A stretch of 64,000 bases of DNA, from the NCBI RefSeq assembly GCF_006345805.1, contig NC_042997.1, forward strand, positions 6,510,001-6,574,000, written 5' to 3'. The notes beneath the pieces are model-generated. The model was not told the origin of the DNA. It ran no database searches and was given only the letters and a program-made list of their open reading frames with translations. Source of the DNA: Octopus sinensis. Its lineage: Eukaryota. The position numbers and the translations under genes were made by a program. Shown here piece after piece: positions 25,831 through 39,597 of this stretch (position 1 is its first letter; each line of letters opens with the position of its first letter).

Positions 25831-27276
25831 GTCACCCTTTGCTTCCTTTCCTGCCTGCATTTACTCTTTCAATCTTGCTTTCTCACCCTGTCCCTCAAAT
25901 TATAGCATGATTCTTGTGCATTTAACCATTCACGAATCTAAATTGGCATTTATTCGTAAGCACATGTTGTAATCTGTATGCACCACAAGATAAAAACCTC
26001 GGGATTTATATTTATATTCAGAGTTTCGTAATTTAAATCACAAAAATGGATAATTTAACCGATTAAATAAAATATTAATGGACATTATTAATCGTGATGA
26101 CGTTAATAATCATACTTGTGCAGATATTGTACCTTTGTTAATTTAAATATTGTCAATTATTTTATAATTTATTTCTGTTGAAAAATCCACAAAGATAACT
26201 GTTTAAACTCTGTGAAGAAATTATCGGAATGCGTCATTCTTTTATTCATATGAAATTTAATGTCAAACTCCCTATTTGTATTTCATAAATACGTAACTGA
26301 TGCAATATATCTAAAGATGTGAGCCTGTTGAGAAATGAAGAGTCATGTGTTCTTTTCGTGAGCGGGTATTTATTCCACGGTGCTCTGTCTTTTATGATCC
26401 TAAGGTCATATAGGCAAAATGACATCTTGAAATGGCGCCAAATGCCCAAATTACGTAAATTAAAATGTGTGTCCAAATATTGAACCCCAGGCTGATATAA
26501 GCTTAGAAATATTAAAAAATGATTATTTCAATTTGAAAATTTAAAGTTAATAAAATATTAGTTTCAATACAATACTTTTTTTCTTTTTTCACAAGCAAAG
26601 TAGTTCCTCATCATTTATAATGAAATTTGTAACCCTGAGAACATGAAAATTATTAATTTTAAACGGATGTTGAATGAATAAAAGTATTTTGTAAGTATAT
26701 TATGTTGTGTTGAATGTACTTAGGTTAATTTTCTTGACACTGAGTATATTGCTGTGGGTATTTTTGAATCCTAAATACAATGTTTTCTGAAAGAGTTTTC
26801 TTGATCAACATGAATTTTTGGTACTTTTAAATTTCTCACACAGCAGATATCTACATTTGGAATGTGGATTGAGCATATTTAGTGTGCAGATAGATACGTA
26901 GTTTAGGGAATAACAATATATTCAACTTGCCGTTGAAGGCAGATTCTATATGTATGAGGTTAGTTTTCATGATAGCTATATATATCGACTGCTTTCCAGC
27001 TTCGTTTTTATTTAGATTGGTTCGATACTACAAGTCACACAAACTTTATATAGCTATAGACTGTTAGATGGCACGTCAGAATATACAAACTGTATCTGAA
27101 CTGAGTATAAATGGTTAACATCTCATTCCTTTAAACTGATAATTAGACCAGCAGCACCATCTGATGATGTGATCTATGATTGATCCAATCTCTTGTAATT
27201 TATAGTCTTTCATTTATCTTTATCGCTGCTTGCCGAAATGGTTCTGATTGAAACCAAATAAATGGATATATGTGTT

Positions 27277-27368
<92 letters not shown>

Positions 27369-27371
27369 TGT

Positions 27372-27407
<36 letters not shown>

Positions 27408-27544
27408 GGGAGAGAGAGTATAAGTGTGAGATTGACGTTTGATTTCATGTTATAAACCTGATATTACATTAAACTAAAATATCACTGAATGCACTTATTA
27501 CAGTAGAAGAGTACAAGTTTATTATACGGTAATGAAAATGATTA

Positions 27545-27699
<155 letters not shown>

Positions 27700-28185
27700 G
27701 GAGGCACACGTTCCAAGGGGCCTGCCTGTCCCCACTGATCTTTAGTTCCCTCTTTGATACGGTGTATACCTTCAGTGCTGATATCAGAACGGAGTTCGGA
27801 TTGAGAAAGATTGGTGTGTTAGTCATGAAGAGAGGCAAAGTCAATACCAGTGATCGTAGGAGCACTAGGAATGATCAAGAAGGGAACCGAAAATTATATG
27901 AGAATGATCCCTGGCTTACCATCCCTGCAAGAAGTGCAAAAGATTGTCTTAACTGGTACATCACACGTATTGAGAAGAGCATTGTCGATGTGAGAACTAT
28001 TGCTGCTCATGTATTTTAATTTAACTTAAAAAAAAAAAATTTAAAAAAATTAACGGACTATTGAGTTTGCTTTAATGGCCTACCAATGTATACTATAAGT
28101 TTATTTGCCCTAGGAGTCGGGAAGACACTCGGCAAGAAATGGAAGCAAATTTGAAAGAAGAAAAAAAAAAAAAATAATGATAATG
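27700..28185 (+). mobile_element. Chimeric Dong/R4-clade fragment: 141-bp RT piece fused to an RLE C-terminus, 3' UTR and A/TAA tail
   Basis: FQGACLSPLIF..DTVYTFSADIRTEFGLRK is followed abruptly by IPVIVGALGMIKKGTENYMRMIPGLPSLQEVQKIVLTGTSHVLRRALSM*, then a tail aaaaaaaaaaataatgataatg. Confidence 0.75.
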
Positions 28186-28239
28186 ATTGTACTTAGATAC
28201 TGCAAGAGGAGGAATAGTAACTTACCCATGTTATTTATC

Positions 28240-29480
28240 GACTATCTAAGCCGTACGATATGATCCCACTTTCTTGGATTATGGAGTGTATGAACAAATT
28301 TGGTATTGCATCGATGTTGAGTGATTGCTTGGAAAAAGTATGGCGAATTGGAGGATGGACCTAGCAGCCTGCGGAAGAATTTTAAGGACAGTAAAAATGA
28401 GGATGCACACGTTCCAAGGGGCCTGCCTGTCCCCACTGATCTTTAGTTCCCTCTTTGATACGGTGTATACCTTCAGTGCTGATATCAGAACAGAGTTCGG
28501 ATTGAGAAAGGTTGGTGTGTTAGTCATGAAGAGAGGCAAAGTCAAATGTATGGACGGGCTAACCATTACGTCGGGGGAGGTTATGAAGCAGATAGAAGAG
28601 GCGGGCTATAATTACTTGGGGATTTTGGAAATGGATAAATTGATGGAGAAAGAAATGACAGAGTACTTGCGAAGACTTAGACTGACACTAAATTCGAAAT
28701 CAAACGGACGTAATAAGATCGAAGCTGTCAACAACTGGGCGGTTTCACTCCTTAGATATGGAGCAGGGTTAATCGCATGGACATTAGACGAACTAAACAG
28801 TTAAGACAGAAAGACAAGGTAGTTGTCTTTAACTAGATATAGGTGACTCAACTCCAAAGGTGACACTGACAGTTTCTATTTACCAAGAAAAAGCGGGGGA
28901 ACAAGACTTATTAGATGCGCACGCATCATTAGAGCAGAAGAAAAAAGACATAGCATGGTATGCAAAAATACCAAACAACCGCTATTATTAGAAGTAAGAA
29001 AGTCAGGCTTGTGTAGGATAAAAGAGTACAAAGATAAAGCACTATGCAAGAAATTGAAAACGAATGAAACTGAAAATAGGTGGGTAAGGATATCGAGGAT
29101 AAAACAGAGAAAAAAGATGGCTGTGGATCATTAAAATTGATTTAAAGCCGGAAACAGAGGCTCTAATCTGTGCTTCCCAAGAGCAAGTACTAAGAACAAA
29201 CTACATAAAATACAGAATAGACAACCCAGAAAAAGTGATACATGCAGAACAAAACTGTGAAACCGTGTGTCATATTACCAGCCAATGTACGCCACTAGCC
29301 CAGAAGGAATAGAAGAGAGCCACGGCAATATAGCCAGGCTTATCCATTGGGCCCTTTTCAACAAGTATGGACTTGACATAGAAAAAAATTGTTACGACCA
29401 CAAACCATAAGGCATCGTTGAAAAATGGAAATGCAAAGATCCTATGGGATTTTATGATTCAGTCCGATCATGAGATAGAG
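28240..29480 (+). mobile_element. Dong/R4-clade non-LTR retrotransposon fragment (RT, degenerate CCHC region, start of RLE)
   Basis: Motifs DY-x-KPYDMIPH, FQGACLSPLIF, YNYLGILE, NGRNKIEAVNNWAVSLLRY, TEALICASQEQVLRTNY and ENGNAKILWDF. Confidence 0.85.
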
Positions 29481-29541
29481 TATGGAATCAATGTGTGTGT
29501 GTGTGTGTGTGTGTGTGACTGTGTGTGTGTGTGTCCATATA

Positions 29542-30723
29542 CACAGGCATGCAGGACGTAAATAGACATCTTTCATTTTTCAAAATTTCTAATCTAAGCG
29601 TTTTAATATGATTTTAGTTGTGTAAAATTTACATCCCAGTTGCCATTATATTCTACATTTGCGATTTGTAACCATGCCACGCACAAGAAATTCAGCAGAA
29701 CTGTCGCATTTTCCCAGAGATCGCATTGTTGGGCAATCTGTCTCTTGTCTTAGCCAGCGAAAAATTGCCAAAAGTTTTCAAATTCCTCTTGTTAATATAA
29801 TTATAGTGCAATTCAAAAGCCAAGGAAAAGAATCAACAGATTATCATCCCGGGCGCACTGGGCCCTCCGAAAGGAAGCTTTGTTGTTTGAAGAGAATTGT
29901 GAAAACGAACTCCGTTCGAAGGCTTATGACATTGCAAAACAGCTAGAAGCTAGTTAAAGAATGTGTGTTACATAAATGCCTAATCTTGGATATTATGGAC
30001 GAGCAGCTAGAAGAAAACCCTCTCCTTCAAACAATATCATGAAAAGAAAGACTTGTGCTAAGGAGATGTCAGAAAAATCCAGTTCAACTGGGGATAGAGT
30101 GATTTTCTCAGATGAATCCAGATTTACATTATTTTCAGACAGTGTTATCTCTGTAATGGCATGGAGATATGTAACCAGCAATGGTCGTTCTGAGCTAATC
30201 GAATATGTTGGAAACGTATACTCTGAAAACTACATCGAAATACTTAAGCAAGTACTACTTCCGATGTATTCACACGATAACATAATGAAAAATGAGTTTT
30301 ATTCATGGAAGTTGATGCTCCATGCCACACAGCGAGAAAGAATCAACAACAGCTGACTGAAAATGGGATTAAAAAGCTTCCTTGGTCGATCCAATCTCCT
30401 GACATTAACGCAATTGAAAATCTTTGGATTATACTAGATAAAGCTACACGAAAAACTCTAAATTTAAACAGAAATCTAAATTTAAAGATAAATTGTTTCG
30501 ATTGTCGCATGAAAAGTGGGCAGAATTTCCACAAGAGACAATCACGAAGCTCATGGGTTCAATGCCAAAAATAGTTTCTGAATTAAAAACTGCAAAGGGA
30601 ATGTCAACAAAATACTAAACTATTGTAGCCCTACCCATCGATTACATTTCAATTGTTTGCTTTGCGTATTAAATAAAAGATTTTGAAAATTAAAGGTGTC
30701 TATTTACTTTTTGTATGTCTGTG
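29542..30723 (+). mobile_element. Tc1-family DNA transposon, defective
   Basis: Imperfect TIRs of about 45 bp (cacaggcatgcaggacgtaaatagacatc / ggtgtctatttactttttgtatgtctgtg) with TA flanks at 29540-41 and 30724-25. Transposase motifs: HPGR, VIFSDESRF, VMAW, DAPCH, WSIQSPDINAIENLW. Confidence 0.9.
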
Positions 30724-31289
30724 TATATGAAGAGATAAAAGATATATGATAATTGTAATCATATATAAATACGGAAGGATATATAAGCTCTTGTTTATGC
30801 TACCCAGTAGACAATTATGAAATTCTCTGTCTATCACTTTCTAGGAAAACGCATTGAGTAATCCGAGTTAAGAAAGACAGATTATACACGTTAGTCTGCC
30901 TACAAACTAAAGGAATCTACATAGAGTAGAAATTAACGCACACAAAGATTATAGGAGATTATACAGTTTAAAATTATAGTATAGATAACGGTTCCATGGG
31001 ATAACGTCAGCGATCGCACTGCAATATTAATACTAATATTTGAAATTGTAATATGCAATTATTTACTGTGACGTCTTCTGGTTTTAGATCTGTCATACGT
31101 ATATGTAAAGATACATCGCATACTATATCACATGAGTAAGAAAACCCATGAAATGAATCTACTGCTATTAAATAAGATAGCGAACACTTCAATTCCTAAG
31201 ACATGCGCAATCACATGTCAATCAAAATAGTTCAAAATAGTTGTGTCTAATGTATCTATGACAATTGATCTAATGCACCAGATATTGGA

Positions 31290-31604
31290 ATGGAAGCACT
31301 CCGTCGGTTACGACGATGAGGGTTCCGGTTGATCCGAATCAACGGAACAGCCGGCTCGTGAAATTAACGTGTAAGTGGCTGAGCACTCCACAGACACGTG
31401 CACCCTTAACGTAGTTCTCGGGGATATTCAGCGTGACACAGAGAGTGACAAGGCCGGCCCTTTGAAATACAGGTACAACAGAAACAGGAAGCAAGAGTGA
31501 GAGAAAGTTGTGGTGAAAGAGTACAGCAGGGATCACCACCATCCCCTGAGGAGCATCGTGGAGCTTTAGGTGTTTTCGCTCAATAAACACTCACAACGCC
31601 CGGT
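31290..31604 (-). mobile_element. SINE family C, 5'-truncated
   Basis: Highly similar to 13383-13700; lacks most of the tRNA head. Confidence 0.85.
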
Positions 31605-32299
31605 TTTTTCGATTAGCAGATATTGGTGTATATAGAAAATAGGAGGTTATACATCCCAAGGCCTGCTTCATAATCTTCCAGTGCGCCAATTCCTTAAATT
31701 ATTCATTTCAAGCAATATGGAGATCACTCTGTCACTAACATTTATAAATTTCTCAGTAGTATTTTCATTTTAATTTGCGTCCCAACATCGCCACCAATTA
31801 ATTAATATATTTATAACTCAGTATGTTATAAAATCAAAAGTATTACACGGTTATGTTATTGTCTAAAAAAAATGTCCCTGAAATTTGCATGCTTGTCTGA
31901 TAGCTGTCAACTCAACCATTTTAACATCGAACAGCATGAAACTTCTAAGTTTGTTAATAATTAAATATTTCCACTGTTGTTCGCGGATGCTGCATGATTA
32001 AGACTTGCTGTGCGAACCATATATGTCTATCAAATTTGGAAAATAGAAAGAAATGAAGGAAGAAAAATGTTACACAAAAACGAACATCTCCTGGGAAATG
32101 ATGATTGATGAAATATTGTTTTCTTATTTTACTAATTTAATTAAATCTAAAGAAATTTTGCGTTTCTAATTTAAGAAATTGAATAAACTTCATATCATCT
32201 TTGTTGGGAAAATAAAATCCCATTCTAACCGCTCCAACTTTAATCATTCCTGCGATGTTTCCCTCAAAGCAATAACACCATTTTCAATTCTTTTCCCTT

Positions 32300-32600
32300 C
32301 TTATCATGATAATTATGATGATGATGATGATGATGAAGAAGATGACGACGACGACGAGGATGATGGTTGCCATCATCATCATTTCCATCATCGTCATAAT
32401 CATCAACATTGCCATCATTACCATATTTGAAGTCAGTGTCTTCATCTCTCTTCATCCTTCTCTAGCTCCTCCACCTCTTCATAATCATCATCGGAATTGT
32501 TATCGTTTTTAATGTCAGCGTCGCATCGTCATCATCGCCGTCTTCGTCATCATCATCATCATCGTCGTCGTCGTCGTCGTCGCCATAATAATCATTTTCA
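32300..32600. repeat. Compound (GAT/GAC)n then (CAT/CGT)n trinucleotide tracts
   Basis: Direct reading; complementary tracts lie adjacent to each other. Confidence 0.85.
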
Positions 32601-34594
32601 TTTCCGTCGTCAAAATGAACAACATATTTTGAATATATATATATATATATTTTTTACTGGGTAAAGTCACTTTATTTGAAAATGAAATGTTACACACTGT
32701 CTTAATAAGAAGTGTAACACTTTTCCCTTAACATGTCGGAAAAAATTCGTGCTATACTAATCTAAGCCATTTGCTAATTTATAACACAGCCACTGTCTCT
32801 GAGTTAGAGAATATTTTACGTAATACTAAATAATTGTGTATGTTTGATATAAACTGTTCAACACAATTAACAAATTGTAATATAGATGGAGATTGATTTC
32901 AGTAATAACACCCATTTAATGATTGCTGCAATGCTTTAAAACGCTATAAAAATGTGTTGCGAACCATACTATGATTAATGGCAATTTATAATAAGATAAA
33001 TAATAGAATGGGACATAATTACGTATAACTACCTCAATGAATGTCTTCACTATATCCCACCTAAATGATATGGCATATAATATAAAGTCACTTCAGTGAG
33101 TTTTGGCTTTACAATTAAGTAAGAAAGAGATTTGTATAATATTATCCAGCCAAGGTACTGCCTCTTATATCTACTTCTATTAAACCTTAAAAAAAAAGCA
33201 GTCTTATTTGAATTTTGAAATTGCATGATGACCATGCACTTATCATAAATAATTTTGTTAATCAGTTGTTACATTTTATTATGGATTTGCACCGATAAAT
33301 ATTACGCAATTCGGTATGTTTTCAGAGAGTACTTTCTTTTTAAATTTTCCATATAAATTACGCTAATTGATATATGTTTTACTCAGTAGTTTTCATACCA
33401 CACGTATATGCAATTCTTGAGTTATTAAAGATTGGTATAAATTAGCTAAGCATTGAGGGCATTGGTTAAAGAACCTAGTGGTGTTCGATCCTGCACGCCG
33501 CATTCTAAAATCATATTCCAAAGTAATCAACTATCCTTTCTTCCTTTCATTTAGATATATACAATATTGGTCAGGTTTTTGAATCATGGATTTTGTGCAT
33601 TTTTAGAATACCGAATGAGGTGGCTTACAGAAAGTATTCCAAAGTTTTGCATTCTAAGTCCACCAGGTGTTTCTTGGGACTCAGTAATTCATGATAATGT
33701 TTTAGTACATCATAAACTACTGCCTCATCGATCCATTTTATATAGGATGAGACGAACCTCTGTCATCAGGGTTGAAAATATTTTACAGTTCAGATATTCA
33801 TGCAGAAATGTTCACTGGTGGAATGATTAAATGGGGAGAACTAAGTGTGTTAGAGGGGAAACGGAGGGTATTAAGGCAGTGAATGATGTGATGAAAAAGT
33901 ATAGTTCAAAACATTAATATTGAGGCTAGTAAGGGAGCAGTAGTAGAAATAAGTAGTAGGGAAGTGAATAGGTTGGTAGGGTAGGTAATATTAAATTGTT
34001 GTTTACTGTGATGATTTTGATAAAGTGTAGGGATGAAATCTAATAATTCCTCGTTGAGATGGTGAGAAAAGGAATGATATTTATTTGAGGGATGTAAGGT
34101 GTCTACACCAGTGGAAAAGGTAGTTTAATACGATATGTAGAAAGGTATGAGAGAAGACAGAAGGGTTGGAACTCTACAGTAGGTAGAAAGGTATGCGAGA
34201 AGATGAGTGGGGAATAAGTTGTTCATGAAGATGACAGAGGCCCATCTCATGCTATGTTAAATGCGTCCATATGGCTGCATTTTGGTTAACTCTCCATATA
34301 TAATCATTCCATCTTTTAACTTCTCTGGAATATGATCTGAACTTAAAGATGATCTGTACCTGATGACGGAGACTCGTCTCAACTTCTGTAAAGTTCATCA
34401 AATTGGCCGCAATTTGAGATGGGCGAAATCTACCATCATTATTAAAAATCACTGAGGTTCTAGACTCAGCTGTCAGACTTATAAAAAACTGATAATTTTA
34501 GCTAATTTATGGTGACCCAAACACACCACTATCGTTTGTCAATCGATGGTGAAAGGAAAACAGACGCACAAACGTATATATATATATATATACT

Positions 34595-34756
34595 ATGGGC
34601 TATTTCCCAGTGATTCTCTACCAAATCCACTCACAAGGCTTGGGTCCCACCGAGGCTATAGTAGAAGACACTTGCCGAAGGTGCTACGCTCTGGAACTCA
34701 TTCAGGAACCATTTGGTTTGGAAGCAGGCTGTTTTTCCACACAGCCACGTCTGCGC

Positions 34757-34758
<2 letters not shown>
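34595..34758 (-). mobile_element. SINE family A, 5' half (diverged)
   Basis: Reverse complement resembles 12500-12660 (ccaaatccactcacaaggc, gaagacacttgcc, acacagccac..ctgcgcc). Confidence 0.8.
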
Positions 34759-34808
<50 letters not shown>

Positions 34809-35047
34809 TTATCCATGAAACTACTCAGATCAATTCAATGAAAGTAGCAGATTACTTACTTAACAGCCATGCTTCGAATTATACAGATCTGCAGTATGAC
34901 TAAACAGTTATCTGAAAGATCGTGGATTGAAAATGAGAATGCACAAAGAGACGATAACATTTTGAGATGGAGCAACCATCATATGAATGTATGTAAGTTT
35001 GTATGCATGTATATGTACACGTATATATATATATATATATATATATA

Positions 35048-35519
35048 CGAAATGGCCATAGGGATAAGTAAACATGATTTCCTTCTTATATATAAGGCTT
35101 ATTTTACCGATTAAGATTTCTAAACGATGAACATTATTTTACTTTATTTACACGATATATATATATATATGTTATATTTTTATATGCTCCCATATGTATA
35201 TATATTTATATATGTTTTATATATTTTTATATGCCTATATTTTTATATACCTATATATTTTTATATATTACTTATATTATATTTTACATTCTACGTCCCT
35301 ATAAATGTATTCTCTTTGAATCGCTAGAATATTAATTCTAAGTTTTAACAAGAATTTTTCTTGCACCATACCATATTAATATTATATTATTATTATTACG
35401 TGCTGTACATATGAATTTTGTTCCATCTTGCGGATTATATGTTTATTCTATAATTAAATGTTCGAATTATGAAATGACATGCGGTTGACTTTGTATTTGC
35501 TTGTTCAATGATTTTAGTT

Positions 35520-35575
<56 letters not shown>

Positions 35576-36161
35576 GCATGTATATATATATATAGGTATG
35601 TATATATATATATGTATGTTATACATTATATATATATATAAATACATGTGTACGTGTTTGTGTATATATATAATATATATATATATACGAAATGGCCATA
35701 GGGATAAGTAAACATGATTTCCTTCTTATATATAAGGCTTATTTTACCGATTAAGATTTCTAAACGATGAACATTATTTTACTTTATTTACACGATATAT
35801 ATATATATATATGTTATATTTTTATATGCTCCCATATGTATATATATTTATATATGTTTTATATATTTTTATATGCCTATATTTTTATATACCTATATAT
35901 TTTTATATATTACTTATATTATATTTTACATTCTACGTCCCTATAAATGTATTCTCTTTGAATCGCTAGAATATTAATTCTAAGTTTTAACAAGAATTTT
36001 TCTTGCACCATACCATATTAATATTATATTATTATTATTACGTGCTGTACATATGAATTTTGTTCCATCTTGCGGATTATATGTTTATTCTATAATTAAA
36101 TGTTCGAATTATGAAATGACATGCGGTTGACTTTGTATTTGCTTGTTCAATGATTTTAGTT

Positions 36162-36217
<56 letters not shown>

Positions 36218-36806
36218 GCATGTATATATATATATAGGTATGTATATATATATATGTATGTTATACATTATATATATATATAAATACATGTGTACGTGTT
36301 TGTGTATATATATAATATATATATATATACGAAATGGCCATAGGGATAAGTAAACATGATTTCCTTCTTATATATAAGGCTTATTTTACCGATTAAGATT
36401 TCTAAACGATGAACATTATTTTACTTTATTTACACGATATATATATATATATATGTTATATTTTTATATGCTCCCATATGTATATATATTTATATATGTT
36501 TTATATATTTTTATATGCCTATATTTTTATATACCTATATATTTTTATATATTACTTATATTATATTTTACATTCTACGTCCCTATAAATGTATTCTCTT
36601 TGAATCGCTAGAATATTAATTCTAAGTTTTAACAAGAATTTTTCTTGCACCATACCATATTAATATTATATTATTATTATTATTACGTGCTGTACATATG
36701 AATTTTGTTCCATCTTGCGGATTATATGTTTATTCTATAATTAAATGTTCGAATTATGAAATGACATGCGGTTGACTTTGTATTTGCTTGTTCAATGATT
36801 TTAGTT

Positions 36807-36866
<60 letters not shown>

Positions 36867-36964
36867 TATATATATTTATATGCATGTATATATATATAGG
36901 TATGTATATATATATATATGTATGTTATACATTATATATATATATAAATACATGTGTACGTGTT

Positions 36965-36972
<8 letters not shown>
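35048..36972. repeat. Tandem triplication of a unit of about 640 bp
   Basis: Units start cgaaatggccataggg at 35048, 35688 and 36330. Visible differences are confined to (AT)n/(TAT)n run lengths. Confidence 0.95.
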
Positions 36973-37005
<33 letters not shown>

Positions 37006-38587
37006 GTATCCATCCATATACATACTTACATGTATGTGTATAAATGTGTGTCAATGTGTGTGTATGTGTGCAATATACAACCATATGTATTGTGACCGTA
37101 TTTCTATATATTGTTTTCGTTGATCTTACATAATTAACAAAATCGTGGATGAAGTGAGAAGTAACGGAATATTTTACATCACCCATTTTTTATCAATCTG
37201 TCCAAATCTTTGCATTATGACAGAGCCCTGTTTATGACATTTTGTAGATTTCTCTTTCTTTTGCCATTTAGAAATTACTTCTTTTTAAAAATAATTCTGA
37301 TAAAAGGATAAAGTGAGAGATACTTTTTTACGTTACGTCTTTCAGAGGAAAAGTCAGAGTTGAGCAACGTGAAATCTGTAACAAAGTATGATTGGGAACA
37401 AAAGGATATTATGAGGAAAAAGAAAAGTGTAAATTTATTTGTTCTTACCATTCATAATGCTCTAACTAAAGCACTTTTGTAGCCCAGGATCTACATGGAG
37501 AAAAATGGTTCTTTCATTACCTGTTATATGTATGTATGTTCAAAACAGGAAATTGACGTAGATAATGTAAACTTAGTTTTATGGAAAAATTGTAAGTGAA
37601 TTACGAACGTGTGTTGCAGAGAATGTTGTGCCTTCAGAAATTCTTTAGATGTTACAGTAGAATATTGCATATCAGATGCAATATCCTTATATACTTATTT
37701 CTTATATTGTGCAGTTTGATATAAAAGATAAATAACCATCATATTAAAATGCCACATCATGTTGGTTTCTCTTAACCAGTAATGGGTTTTAACTTCAAGA
37801 AAGGTGTGAAACCAGAAATTCTTTTAATACAAATTTTTATGCCGAGAAGGGTAACACTACAATGGTACGTATTATAATAATACCTGACTCAATACATGGG
37901 ATCGAACGTTAATTCCTTTTTCTTCCATTAAAAGATTATATAATGTTTAGCTATTCGCTGTGGTTGAAAAATCGTTAAAAAGAGACAATAAATATTTATT
38001 GCTTGACATCCGTAAAATGTATAGAAAAACTCAATAATCTGAGGCTTGGGACAAGGACGATCCATCATATTTTTTGTTAATTGTTATCCTACATTAAACA
38101 TTTCACTGAGATAACCTCGATGAAAATGTGAACGAAAAATATTGAATTCAATAAAGAAATTAGAGTGCTTGGTTATGTTATTTTCAAGGTATTCAGTTTC
38201 CAGTGTAGAGAAAGTGATGAAGTGTCACAATAAATAAGAAAATTCGGAATATTGCTTTAAAATAATTTCCTGAAAATTCGGAGTGTTGACATTATAATAA
38301 TTTCCTGAAAATCTTCTTGAATTATATATAAATTATTGCAATCGAGGAGAAAAATATATATAGGAAAATTATTGGATGGGGTACAATTTTCAAATATGAA
38401 ATATTTTTACACCCGATAAATGAACAATAGTGAATACATTTAATATACTAGTTTTCAATGATTTGTACGGTATAAATATATACCCGAACTGTAGAAGGAT
38501 ATATATACAGGAGACCTAATATATAGTGTATGATCCTGTGAAAGAACGTGAATATCGGATAGAAACATTTTGAGAAAGTCACAAGCC

Positions 38588-39215
38588 TTTTACGGCTGAA
38601 TTATACGGTCGTTATACTGACGACTATATCGGTGCGACCTCACTCTCCCGCGAACATCTATACACTTCCTCTCTTTTCTCAAATCTTTCCATCCCGCTCT
38701 CAACTTCTCCTGCACTATTTCCGACACCTCAGTCGCCTTTCTCGACATTTCGGTCAGCATTCCTTACTCCACTCTCACCACCTCCATCCACTACAAACAC
38801 ACAGACTCACACACATACCGCAACTTCTCCTCCACCCTCCTAAAAACACCAAGCTCTCCATCCCCTATTCCCAATTCCTCCATCTACGCAGAGTCTGTAG
38901 TGACGACCATGACTTTGAGACTCAGTCTCAAGTCATGGCTTACCACTTCTGCCTACGTTGATACGCCCTAACCACCACCACCATCCACATCGCCCTTGCC
39001 AGAGCACGTTCCGTGGACTGTAAATCTGCTCTCTCTCCCTACACCTATCTCACCGTCACCTGTCTCCCGGTTCCTCTCACCTACAACTTCACCACCCTGC
39101 CTTTGAAACGCACCATTCTCCGAGCCTCCCGGGGACTCCAGTCCGAACATCCATTTCGCATATCTTCCCTAATCCAACCTCCCAACTCGGCTCGTTCCCT
39201 TGCTCCCGCCCTCGC
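38588..39215 (+). mobile_element. Penelope-like element RT C-terminal half and linker fragment
   Basis: ELYGRYTDDYIG (catalytic DD), SVAFLDISV, HYKHTDSHTY and SIPYSQFLHLRRVCSDDHDF, with frameshifts. No GIY-YIG domain remains. Confidence 0.85.
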
Positions 39216-39597
39216 TTCCGTATACATATATGTATGTATGTATGAATGTATGTATGCATGCATGTATGTATGTGTTTATGTATACGTTTATGAATTTATA
39301 TATCTTTGTTGCAAGAGTCCTGATATGAAACCATGTGTAGAAAGAGATATTGTTATATTTTGGGATGGTAATTTTTTTGTGGAGGGATGGCAAATAAACA
39401 CGCATACTATATATACGTTCTGCACTCGATTAATACTGTTCATATAGTAAATCATGTCCACTGACCGGAAACCTTTTGTCACACGACTGTGACTAGTCTT
39501 TCGTCCACGAATTGCAACAGTATATGTGCGTGTGTGCCTAAACGTGCGCACACGCATAAAGACACACACCGACACAAAGTTGTATGTATAATTAAAA

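Noticed and set aside
33800-34420. Purine-rich plus-strand tract with CTGATGA followed by gagac-tc-gtctc at about 34370
   Set aside because: No GAAA follows the stem and there is no stem I, so it is not a supportable hammerhead. The region may be a decayed retroelement, but I could confirm no motif.
37449-37490. 42-nt minus-strand segment with good acceptor and ATG|GTAAGA donor
   Set aside because: It has stops in all three frames and could only be a UTR or non-coding exon; this is untestable without RNA data.
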